Source of the DNA: a virus
Taxonomy: Duplodnaviria; Heunggongvirae; Uroviricota; Caudoviricetes
DNA length: 23,366 nucleotides
Reading direction: 5' to 3' (one strand)
IMG/VR virus record: IMGVR_UViG_3300037400_001691
Span: 64,001 to 87,366 of that record
The notes beneath the pieces are model-generated. The model saw only the letters and a list, made by a program, of their open reading frames with translations. It was not told where the DNA came from and made no database searches. The position numbers were made by a program, and so were the translations under genes. Numbering within the stretch: position 1 is the first letter of the stretch; the number at the start of each line of letters is the position of its first letter. Shown here in pieces: positions 1-7,719 of the stretch.

Positions 1-846
1 AAATGTACACTTTATGAAATTCCTTGTATGTTTGCAATTCCCGAAGTCAATAATGAGGATAAGGAAATTAACTGGGAACTTACAATGAGTAAGTTGGAAG
101 AGAAAGTTAAATTAGCAAATGAAAATGGAATATTGTTCTCTGAATTTGGAACAAGACGTCGTTTTAATTATGCTGTACAAGATAAAGTATGTGCATATCT
201 TAAGGAAAATGCAAAGACTTGTGTAGGTACATCAAATGTACACTTTGCAATGAAATATGATATGAAGCCAATTGGTACACACCCACATGAGTGGTTTATG
301 TTCCATGGTGCTCAATATGGTTATAAGGCTGCAAACTATGTTGCATTGGAGAATTGGGTAGATATTTATGATGGTGATCTTGGTATTGCACTTTCAGATA
401 CATACACAACAGATGCATTTTTCCGCAGTTTCTCACTAAAGCTTGCAAAGTTATTTGATGGAGTTCGCCAGGATTCTGGAGATGAATATGAATTTACTGA
501 TAAAACAATCAATTTCTATAAATCAAAGGGAATAGATTATCATAGTAAGACAATTGTATTCTCAAATGCTCTTGATTTTTCAAAAGCTCTTAAGATTTTG
601 ATGTATTGTAAGGAAAAAGGAATTAAATGTTCATTTGGTATTGGAACAAATCTTACTTGTGATGTATATGCACCAGATTGTACAAAATATGACGCAGAAA
701 ATATTGTTATGAAGATGTCTCGTTGTCGTATGAACACTAATCAATTTTGGTATTTAACAATTAAGATTAGTGATGATCTTGGTAAGCATATGGGAAACGA
801 TATAGAATTTAAAATAGCTATTGAACAACTTAATTTGAATAAATAA
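1..846 (+). CDS. pncB: Nicotinate phosphoribosyltransferase, 5'-truncated by the window edge
   Basis: Frame is open from base 1 (KCTLYEIPCM...). NAPRTase motifs: FSEFGTRRRF, GTSNV, PIGTHPHEW (phospho-His region), IALSDT, GVRQDSGD, IVFSNAL, SFGIGTNL, KISDD. Confidence 0.95.
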   Translation, partial: KCTLYEIPCMFAIPEVNNEDKEINWELTMSKLEEKVKLANENGILFSEFGTRRRFNYAVQDKVCAYLKENAKTCVGTSNVHFAMKYDMKPIGTHPHEWFMFHGAQYGYKAANYVALENWVDIYDGDLGIALSDTYTTDAFFRSFSLKLAKLFDGVRQDSGDEYEFTDKTINFYKSKGIDYHSKTIVFSNALDFSKALKILMYCKEKGIKCSFGIGTNLTCDVYAPDCTKYDAENIVMKMSRCRMNTNQFWYLTIKISDDLGKHMGNDIEFKIAIEQLNLNK

Positions 847-848
847 TT

Positions 849-1685
849 ATGGAAAAAGAATATAAATTTGATGTAGCAGAAGTTACTAATAATCTAGTCC
901 TTTGGATTAGAGAATGGTTTGAAAAGAACGGTAAAGGATGTAAAGCTGTACTTGGTATGTCTGGTGGTAAAGACAGTACCATTACAGCTGCGCTTCTTGC
1001 AAGAGCGTTGGGTTCAAATAACGTTGTTGGTGTAATGATGCCAGATCTTGGTCAAGGACTTAATGAAGCTGACGAAATTTGTAAATTTCTTGATATCAAT
1101 TGTATTTATGCTCCTATTGATAATATAACAGGAGCATTTTATGATTCAGATATTACAATAGACAATGGTATTTGGTCATTAAACAATTTCAGTAAACAAG
1201 CTGAACAAAATATTCCTCCTCGTGTTCGTATGACTATGCTTTATGTAATTAGTCAAACACTTAATGGTCGAGTAATCAATACTTGTAATCTTTCTGAAAA
1301 TATAATTGGTTATGAAACCATCTTTGGTGATGCTGCTGGAGATATGTCACCACTTGGAAATCTTACAGTAACTGAAATTCTTAAGATTGGTGATTATATT
1401 GGAATTCCTTATAAATGGGTACATAAAACTCCAGACGACGGACTTCCAAATAGTAAACCCGATGAAGAAAAGTTTGGATTTACTTATGCTGAATTAGATG
1501 ATTTTATTCGTACAGATAATCCTGAAACAGAAGATGGTCATTGGGCTAAAATTGAATCTATGATTTATGATTCAAAATTTAAACGTGAATCAATGGCAAC
1601 ATTTAAACCTTCAGACGAAGAACTTTATATTGATAATTTATGTTCAGAAAGTAATGAGTCTAAAAACGATTATGAAGTATTTTAA
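849..1685 (+). CDS. nadE: NH3-dependent NAD+ synthetase (278 aa, no glutaminase domain)
   Basis: LGMSGGKDS PP-loop, RVRMTMLY, NTCNLSE, GYETIFGDAAGDMSPLGNL, KTPDDGL, DEEKFGFTYAELD. Confidence 0.95.
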   Translation: MEKEYKFDVAEVTNNLVLWIREWFEKNGKGCKAVLGMSGGKDSTITAALLARALGSNNVVGVMMPDLGQGLNEADEICKFLDINCIYAPIDNITGAFYDSDITIDNGIWSLNNFSKQAEQNIPPRVRMTMLYVISQTLNGRVINTCNLSENIIGYETIFGDAAGDMSPLGNLTVTEILKIGDYIGIPYKWVHKTPDDGLPNSKPDEEKFGFTYAELDDFIRTDNPETEDGHWAKIESMIYDSKFKRESMATFKPSDEELYIDNLCSESNESKNDYEVF

Positions 1686-1695
1686 AATTTAATAA

Positions 1696-2244
1696 ATGAG
1701 AAATCAACCTTGTTATGATGAGAACGGGAAATTTATTGGATGGTTTTCCCGTTCTTGTGCAGTTACTAATATGGTAATTGCTCGTGATTATAAATTTAAT
1801 TTTTATATTCTTGCTTCAAAAAGAGGTAAAGGTACTCCAGACCCAGAATTTGTTGGATGCTGGTGTTTACCTTGTGGTTATCTTGATTTTGATGAAACTA
1901 TAGAACAAGCTGCAAGACGTGAAACATTTGAGGAAACAGGTGTAATTGTTCTTCCACGTAATATGACATTTAAAAGTTATATGGGAAATCCAAATAGTGA
2001 TAAAAGACAAAATGTTTCATTCCGATTTATTACTTTCTTAGATAGACCTATTTCTTCATATAAGCTTACATCTAAATATTCTGAAAAAGATGAAGTAGAT
2101 GATATAGCTTGGATTCCACTTAAAAAGATTGATAATTATAAGTGGGCATTTAATCATAAGGATTTAATCAAAATGTTTAATCTTAATAAATCAACTTTAT
2201 TCTTTAAATATTATTGGTTTCATATTAAAAAATTATTTAAATAA
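1696..2244 (+). CDS. Nudix hydrolase (ADP-ribose pyrophosphatase-like), 182 aa
   Basis: Nudix box GYLDFDETIEQAARRETFEETG preceded by WCLPC. Substrate is inferred only from gene context. Confidence 0.9.
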   Translation: MRNQPCYDENGKFIGWFSRSCAVTNMVIARDYKFNFYILASKRGKGTPDPEFVGCWCLPCGYLDFDETIEQAARRETFEETGVIVLPRNMTFKSYMGNPNSDKRQNVSFRFITFLDRPISSYKLTSKYSEKDEVDDIAWIPLKKIDNYKWAFNHKDLIKMFNLNKSTLFFKYYWFHIKKLFK

Positions 2245-2262
2245 AATATTTAATTGATAATT

Positions 2263-2826
2263 ATGAATAAAATTTTAATTATTGTTGATTTTCAAAAAGA
2301 TTTCTGTGAAAAGACAGGAAGTCTTTATGTTCCTGGTACTGAAATAGCTAAAAAGAACATTTTAAAGTATCTTGATACTGAAAAGCCAGATGCTGTGTGT
2401 TTTACTTTAGATTGGCATACACGTCATGATGAATCTTTTAAAAGAAATGGTGGTATATGGCCAGATCATTGTATTCAATATTCAGAAGGTGCTGCAATTG
2501 ATCAAGATATTATAAAAAAATGTATTGATAATAATATTCTTTATACTACATTCTTAAAAGGAGATGGGAAAGTAGAAGAATATGGTGCTTTTGGATATGA
2601 TGCAAGCAGTCCTCTCTTTAATCTTGATAATGATAATAAATTAACTTTTGAAAGTTATACAGGAAAAAGTTATTTTACATTTTGTAAAGATAATGAATAT
2701 ATTATTTGTGGTCTTGCTGGAGATTATTGTGTAAAATCTACATATGATAATCTTAAGAAATATGGAATTAACGTAACTCCTTTCTATGAAGGAATTGCAT
2801 TTATTGGTGAACCTTTTAAATATTAA
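2263..2826 (+). CDS. pncA: Nicotinamidase/pyrazinamidase (isochorismatase-like cysteine hydrolase), 187 aa
   Basis: IVDFQKDF, GSLYVPG, LDWH, WPDHC, GLAGDYCV (catalytic Cys). ATG at 2263 preferred over the TTG at 2254. Confidence 0.92.
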   Translation: MNKILIIVDFQKDFCEKTGSLYVPGTEIAKKNILKYLDTEKPDAVCFTLDWHTRHDESFKRNGGIWPDHCIQYSEGAAIDQDIIKKCIDNNILYTTFLKGDGKVEEYGAFGYDASSPLFNLDNDNKLTFESYTGKSYFTFCKDNEYIICGLAGDYCVKSTYDNLKKYGINVTPFYEGIAFIGEPFKY

Positions 2827-2831
2827 ATTAT

Positions 2832-3089
2832 ATGAATCTTTATTTGTTAATTTGTTTTATTGTAATTGCTCTATTGCTTGTAGAAACATACAATAGAATT
2901 GGTAAGTTAAATTCTAAAATTAAGGATTTAGAGAATAAAACCAACAATGCATTTTATCAGAAGTCTCGTGAAGTACAAGATTTAGCTTCTGATTTCTATA
3001 CTTTAAGACGTGCTTATGAAAATCATAAGCATAGGTATGAATACGAAGGTGATACTTTGTATATTAAAGAACCTATTGAGCAAGAATAA
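2832..3089 (+). CDS. Hypothetical protein with N-terminal hydrophobic anchor and coiled-coil-like segment, 85 aa
   Basis: MNLYLLICFIVIALLLV is hydrophobic. The ORF packs tightly between its neighbours. Confidence 0.75.
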   Translation: MNLYLLICFIVIALLLVETYNRIGKLNSKIKDLENKTNNAFYQKSREVQDLASDFYTLRRAYENHKHRYEYEGDTLYIKEPIEQE

Positions 3090-3091
3090 TT

Positions 3092-3370
3092 ATGAATACA
3101 CTTGATAAAATAAAGTGGATTTCACGACATCAAGAAATTAATCCACGATTATCCGAAATACATGAGTTTACTACTATACCATCTGATCTTTGGTATGATA
3201 TTTTTTGCGTTAAACAAAATGAACTATGTTTATATCCATATCTTGCATATCATGCTTTATGTTATTTAGAAGAAATAGAATCTGAAGAAGTGAAGAATAA
3301 AATATATGAATTGTTCGATAAAATTTATTTAGATGTTTGTAACGGATATTGGGGATTCTTTTATAATTAA
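3092..3370 (+). CDS. Hypothetical protein, 92 aa
   Basis: ORF fills the operon gap, with an aataattATG start context. Confidence 0.7.
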   Translation: MNTLDKIKWISRHQEINPRLSEIHEFTTIPSDLWYDIFCVKQNELCLYPYLAYHALCYLEEIESEEVKNKIYELFDKIYLDVCNGYWGFFYN

Positions 3371-3375
3371 TAGAA

Positions 3376-4008
3376 ATGAAACTTGATAATTTAATAAACG
3401 ATTTTGGAGATGGGTCTGGTGTGTTTTTCACATCAGATACCCATTTCGGACATAATGGAATTATAGAATGTACTCACCGTCCATTTAAAAATGCAGACGA
3501 AATGGATGAAGCATTAATTGCTTTATGGAATCAAACAGTAGGTCCAAACGATATTGTATTTCATTTAGGTGATTTCTGTTGGAATGGTTCACAAAAGTGG
3601 GTAGAGATTCTTAAACGATTAAATGGAGTAAAGTATTTAATTGTTGGGAATCACGATTTAAAACGTCTAAAAGGAAACGTTTTACAATATTTTGAAGATA
3701 TTAAATTTCAAACTGTTCTTCAACTTGAGGATTGGAATGTATGGTTAAATCATTATCCTTTCCTTTGTTATGGAGGAGCTTGGAATAAAAACCGTAAAGT
3801 AGCACAAGCATTTGGTCATGTTCATTATGAACCTCTTTCACAAGGTCTTGATGTGGATAGGCTTCAATATTTATTTCCTGCACAATACGATGTAGGTGTA
3901 GATAATAATGGATATATGCCTATTAGTTGGGCTGAACTTAAATCAAAATTTGAAAGATTTAACAAAGCAGATAAGAATATGATACGTTATAAATCTTTAG
4001 AATTCTAA
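3376..4008 (+). CDS. Calcineurin-like metallophosphoesterase, 210 aa
   Basis: Motifs FTSDTHFGH, HLGDF, VGNHD, NHYP, FGHVH, DVGVD. Confidence 0.92.
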   Translation: MKLDNLINDFGDGSGVFFTSDTHFGHNGIIECTHRPFKNADEMDEALIALWNQTVGPNDIVFHLGDFCWNGSQKWVEILKRLNGVKYLIVGNHDLKRLKGNVLQYFEDIKFQTVLQLEDWNVWLNHYPFLCYGGAWNKNRKVAQAFGHVHYEPLSQGLDVDRLQYLFPAQYDVGVDNNGYMPISWAELKSKFERFNKADKNMIRYKSLEF

Positions 4009-4157
4009 TGATATATAGACGTTATCAATATTGGGGTCCAGGTGCTAAAATCGTTTGGACTTCTTGGTTTAAATATGATACTAAGAAATCTTTAGATGAT
4101 TTAAAGAAACAAAAACCTATATTTAAAAATCTTTTAGAAGAATATAAAGAAGTATGA
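4008..4157 (+). CDS. Small hypothetical protein, 49 aa (MIYRRYQYWG...EEYKEV)
   Basis: Not in the ORF track. TAATG overlap with the upstream stop and ATGA overlap with the downstream start; fills the gap exactly. Confidence 0.7.
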   Translation: MIYRRYQYWGPGAKIVWTSWFKYDTKKSLDDLKKQKPIFKNLLEEYKEV

Positions 4158-4666
4158 CAAACGATATAACAAATAAAAATGTACTATTTTTTGACCTTGA
4201 TGGAACACTAATAAATACTATTAATGGAAAGACATTTCCTGCTGGTGTTTGGGATATGGAAATTGATCTTAGAGTACTAAGTAGATTAGATCAACTTAAA
4301 CCAGAGTATATATTTATTGTATCAAATCAAGGAGGAATCGAAAAAGGATTTGTAAATCAAAAATCTTTTGCTGCTAAGTTTGAGTATGTAAAACGAGCAA
4401 TTTTTGATTATTTAGGTGACGATAACATAGTTGTTGATGGTATGTATTGTACTAACAATGATAAAGCTAACGAATATCGAAAACCTAATACAGCAATGCT
4501 TGAAACATTACTTAGAAAGTATAACATTTTAAATACTAAAGAAACAATGCTAATGGTAGGTGATGCTTCAGGTAAACCTGGAGATTTTTCAAGTTCTGAT
4601 AAGAAGACTGCTGAAAATTTTGGCATAGATTATCTCGATATAGAAGATTTTATTTCTTTAATTTAA
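4154..4666 (+). CDS. HAD-superfamily phosphatase, polynucleotide 3'-phosphatase (PNKP/PNK3P-like), 170 aa
   Basis: FFDLDGTL (DxDxT), VSNQGG, RKPNTAM, MVGDASGKPGDFSSSD. Confidence 0.88.
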   Translation: MTNDITNKNVLFFDLDGTLINTINGKTFPAGVWDMEIDLRVLSRLDQLKPEYIFIVSNQGGIEKGFVNQKSFAAKFEYVKRAIFDYLGDDNIVVDGMYCTNNDKANEYRKPNTAMLETLLRKYNILNTKETMLMVGDASGKPGDFSSSDKKTAENFGIDYLDIEDFISLI

Positions 4667-4671
4667 ATTTT

Positions 4672-5019
4672 ATGTTAGGAATGACAAATAATCGAGAACC
4701 TGTAAAAGGTAAAATTGCAAGAAAACTTCGTTCTATTTTAAAACGAATTGGTTTTAAAAAAGAAAAAACAGTATATGTTCTTTTAGAGCGTTGGGATTTT
4801 GGAGATTATCCAGATTCTATGGTTGTAGGTGCGTATACTACTTTTGAAGATGCACTAGCTCGTCTTGATCGAGATAGATTCGATGATGAAGCAAATGGTA
4901 TTGGTTTCGAATATGAAATTGATACAGAAAGACACGGAGATAGTTATAAAGTTACTTATCATGAAATAGATGATTATAGATACTTAGAATACGAAATATA
5001 TTCTTGTATACTTAATTAA
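4672..5019 (+). CDS. Hypothetical protein, 115 aa (basic N-terminus, acidic C-terminus)
   Basis: Operon packing. The start could alternatively be the ATG at 4681. Confidence 0.7.
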   Translation: MLGMTNNREPVKGKIARKLRSILKRIGFKKEKTVYVLLERWDFGDYPDSMVVGAYTTFEDALARLDRDRFDDEANGIGFEYEIDTERHGDSYKVTYHEIDDYRYLEYEIYSCILN

Positions 5020-5021
5020 TT

Positions 5022-5288
5022 ATGGAATTAACAGGAGAAATTTTACAAAGAAATGGATTTAGTTGTAATCATCCAGAAAGAGTTTTAAAGACTTATTATT
5101 ACGATAAGGTATTCGGTTATGGAATTACAGCACAGCAAATGTTTGATCCTTTAACTAACAGTACATTCTGGTATGTTGTAGCACAAAATGGACCGAATAA
5201 TAGTGCAAGTGTTACGGGAATTAAAACATTAGAAGATTTTCAATCTGTAATCAATCTTGCTAAAATTGATCTTTTAATATATAACTAA
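5022..5288 (+). CDS. Hypothetical protein, 88 aa
   Basis: Operon packing, ttaattATG start context. Confidence 0.7.
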   Translation: MELTGEILQRNGFSCNHPERVLKTYYYDKVFGYGITAQQMFDPLTNSTFWYVVAQNGPNNSASVTGIKTLEDFQSVINLAKIDLLIYN

Positions 5289-5452
5289 TGAATAATTCAC
5301 TCAAAAATTATTTAGAATGGAGATTTAGGCATAATAACATTCCAAAGTATCACAGATATTGTGATACTTGGATTGAAAATATTCCTAAATCTCAATTGTG
5401 GTATTATGAGATTGAAATGTCTCATTTAATAAATAATGGAATTTATGGATAA
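5288..5452 (+). CDS. Small hypothetical protein, 54 aa (MNNSLKNYLEWRF...GIYG)
   Basis: Not in the ORF track. TAATG overlap with the upstream stop; fills the gap before the YqeY gene. Confidence 0.7.
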   Translation: MNNSLKNYLEWRFRHNNIPKYHRYCDTWIENIPKSQLWYYEIEMSHLINNGIYG

Positions 5453-5469
5453 TTTAATATTTAAAAATT

Positions 5470-5910
5470 ATGATAAACATCAATGAACTTATAAAAGACG
5501 CACTGAAAAGTAAAGAGGCTGATAAGCTTAAGGCTTACAGAAATTTAAAAGCTAAGATTATGGAGTATAAGACAGCTAAAAATGCTAAACCTTATGATAA
5601 TCAAGCTGAAATTCAAATCATCAAAAAGATGTGTGATTCTCTTAAAGAGTCCGAAAATAACTACAAAAAAGCCAATAGACAGGATTTATTTGACGAGTGT
5701 ATAGTTGAAAGGAGAATACTAGAACAGTTCCTCCCAGTGGCTGCTACACCTCAAGAAATCGAATTAGCAGTCAAAGAGTCAGAATATTTTGTCGATGGAA
5801 AAATTGACAAGAAATCTATGGGATTAGTAATAAAAGAGGTAAAATCAAAATTTGATTTTGTAGATGGAAAACTCGTATCAGAAATCGTAAAATCTTTTAT
5901 TAATGGATAA
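5470..5910 (+). CDS. GatB/YqeY domain protein, 146 aa
   Basis: Pattern LIKDALKSKE...RNLKAKI...Y..ANRQDL...E..ILEQFLP...KKSMGLVIKEVK...DGKLVSEIVK is typical of YqeY. Confidence 0.85.
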   Translation: MININELIKDALKSKEADKLKAYRNLKAKIMEYKTAKNAKPYDNQAEIQIIKKMCDSLKESENNYKKANRQDLFDECIVERRILEQFLPVAATPQEIELAVKESEYFVDGKIDKKSMGLVIKEVKSKFDFVDGKLVSEIVKSFING

Positions 5911-6934
5911 TATCGTTGAGAAAGCGAAGCAAGTATTAACAGAAATGTTTGTTGATGATAATTTAGCTACATACGATGGAACTATTTGGGAAGTTTGTGT
6001 ATTTGGGAAAATATACGGAACTTTTTCCAGATATTTCCACTATGGAGCAACACCAGAAACACAATGGGATGATTATCATTTTCCTCATAAAGAAGTATAT
6101 GGTTCAAATGATTCGTATAATGCCTTCTTAAAAGAGTTTAAAGAAGATGGATTTCATTGGTGTGGATATATTTTTACAGAATATGGAATTATAACGCATA
6201 CAGAAATAATGTTAAATTGTGATGAACTTCCCGAAAGAATTAAAAAGACATTAGTTTTAAAGGAAAATCAATCACATTATTCTGTTGCTAAATTTCATGG
6301 TGGAGGTATATATGTTAAACCTTCTAAAGTAAAAGTAGTTGGTGAAGAAGTAAAAGATAATTATAATGATGATTTACCATATGATAGTTATTTCAAATTT
6401 ATTGAATCTGATGATTCTGGAATAGCTATGTTACATGGACTTCCTGGAACAGGTAAATCTTACTTCTTGAGATATTTAATAAATAAATATTCAAATACAA
6501 AGTTTATTAAGATTGATAAAGAAGTATTTGATAATGTTGATTCCGAAACATTTTCTGAATTTTTAGATAGATTTGATAAAGCAGTTTATATCATTGAAGA
6601 TTCAGAAACAATAATTCGTTCAAGAGAAAACGGAATAAATGATTATATGCCTACGATTCTTAATCTTACAGATGGATTAGAATCAGACGAAAAAACTGTT
6701 AAATTTATATTTACTTATAACACAAGTGATGTAAATGTTGACGAAGCATTAAAGCGTAAAGGAAGAACTAAGATAACATATGAATTTAAGGAATTAGAAT
6801 TAGACAAAGTTGCTAACTTGTTTAAGAAGTTTGGAATAACTGATAAACCTAATAAGAAAATGCGCCTTTGTGATATTTATCATTATAAAGATGCAAATGG
6901 TAATGAAAAGAAATATACTAAAATAGGATTTTAA
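5903..6934 (+). CDS. AAA+ ATPase with uncharacterised N-terminal region, 343 aa
   Basis: Walker A GLPGTGKS, Walker B-like YIIEDSE, ILNLTDGL, sensor FTYN, arginine finger DEALKRKGR. Confidence 0.9.
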   Translation: MDNIVEKAKQVLTEMFVDDNLATYDGTIWEVCVFGKIYGTFSRYFHYGATPETQWDDYHFPHKEVYGSNDSYNAFLKEFKEDGFHWCGYIFTEYGIITHTEIMLNCDELPERIKKTLVLKENQSHYSVAKFHGGGIYVKPSKVKVVGEEVKDNYNDDLPYDSYFKFIESDDSGIAMLHGLPGTGKSYFLRYLINKYSNTKFIKIDKEVFDNVDSETFSEFLDRFDKAVYIIEDSETIIRSRENGINDYMPTILNLTDGLESDEKTVKFIFTYNTSDVNVDEALKRKGRTKITYEFKELELDKVANLFKKFGITDKPNKKMRLCDIYHYKDANGNEKKYTKIGF

Positions 6935-6936
6935 TT

Positions 6937-7125
6937 ATGACAACATCTTTAGTAATTTTATTCTTTATAGCATTACTTGCAATTCTATTTCCGTGTTTTA
7001 TATTAGATTGTATATTAGAAATTATAATATTAATTTTTATAACTCCAGTTATAATTTACAATCTTATTTTTTCTACAGGAGAACGAATTTATGATAAGAT
7101 TTTCAAAAACAAACGAAATAAGTGA
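6937..7125 (+). CDS. Small membrane protein, 62 aa
   Basis: About 45 mostly hydrophobic residues followed by a basic tail (KIFKNKRNK). Confidence 0.65.
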   Translation: MTTSLVILFFIALLAILFPCFILDCILEIIILIFITPVIIYNLIFSTGERIYDKIFKNKRNK

Positions 7126-7234
7126 ATTATCTTTAATTCAATCTTCTGCTCCAGAATCTTATAAAAAGATTCTGGAAAATTTAGATACTCCTCCTTTAAT
7201 AGGAATAATTAATGTTAAATTTTTAAACTTTTGA
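7091..7234 (+). CDS. Possible small hypothetical protein, 47 aa (MIRFSKTNEI...KFLNF)
   Basis: Not in the ORF track. Overlaps the previous gene by 35 nt and ends 1 nt before the ATG at 7236. Confidence 0.45.
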   Translation: MIRFSKTNEISELSLIQSSAPESYKKILENLDTPPLIGIINVKFLNF

Positions 7235-7235
7235 T

Positions 7236-7664
7236 ATGTATATAGCTAGTGGAACCTATAATTGGGCTGATGAAATGGATATTCCTTATATAATTATACT
7301 CACTGATGTCCAATATAAAAATTATCTTAAATTTAGAGAAAAATTTCCAGATTTTGTAGTAATTCATGTTTGTTGTGGAACTAACGAAATTGCTGATGTA
7401 GAAGTAAATGATTTTGACTTTCAAGAAATTTGTACTGAATATCTTAAAGTAATTAGAAAATATATTCCTATTTGGAAATTAAGACTCGATTTATTTGAAA
7501 AAGTAGAAGAATATGTAGAAGAAGAATTTGAAGATTCTGAAATTCTTTTACCTGCTACATTATTCAATTTACCAGAAGATTTATTTACTAAATATCTAAA
7601 TTTAATCATAGAATACGATAAAGATAGACGTGATTTAATAATTGACGATTACGGAAAAAAATAA
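7236..7664 (+). CDS. Hypothetical acidic protein, 142 aa
   Basis: Last ORF before the terminator hairpin. Confidence 0.75.
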   Translation: MYIASGTYNWADEMDIPYIIILTDVQYKNYLKFREKFPDFVVIHVCCGTNEIADVEVNDFDFQEICTEYLKVIRKYIPIWKLRLDLFEKVEEYVEEEFEDSEILLPATLFNLPEDLFTKYLNLIIEYDKDRRDLIIDDYGKK

Positions 7665-7670
7665 CGCACA

Positions 7671-7719
7671 AAGGGCGACTTGATTGGATAAACTCCAGTC
7701 AGGTCGCCCTTATTTTTTT
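7671..7719 (+). terminator. Intrinsic terminator at the convergent junction
   Basis: 18-bp stem AAGGGCGACTTGATTGGA (7671-7688) / TCCAGTCAGGTCGCCCTT (7694-7711) with two G.U pairs and a 5-nt loop, followed by ATTTTTTT. Confidence 0.9.

Noticed and set aside
1-2826. Labelling the NAD cluster NARP1 or NARP2
   Set aside because: The transferase has PncB (nicotinate) type motifs, and no Prs-like or NMNAT-like ORF is present in the window.
6937-7234. Programmed frameshift fusing the 62-aa membrane ORF with the 47-aa overlapping ORF
   Set aside because: No convincing slippery site plus stimulatory structure, and the second ORF has its own ATG.
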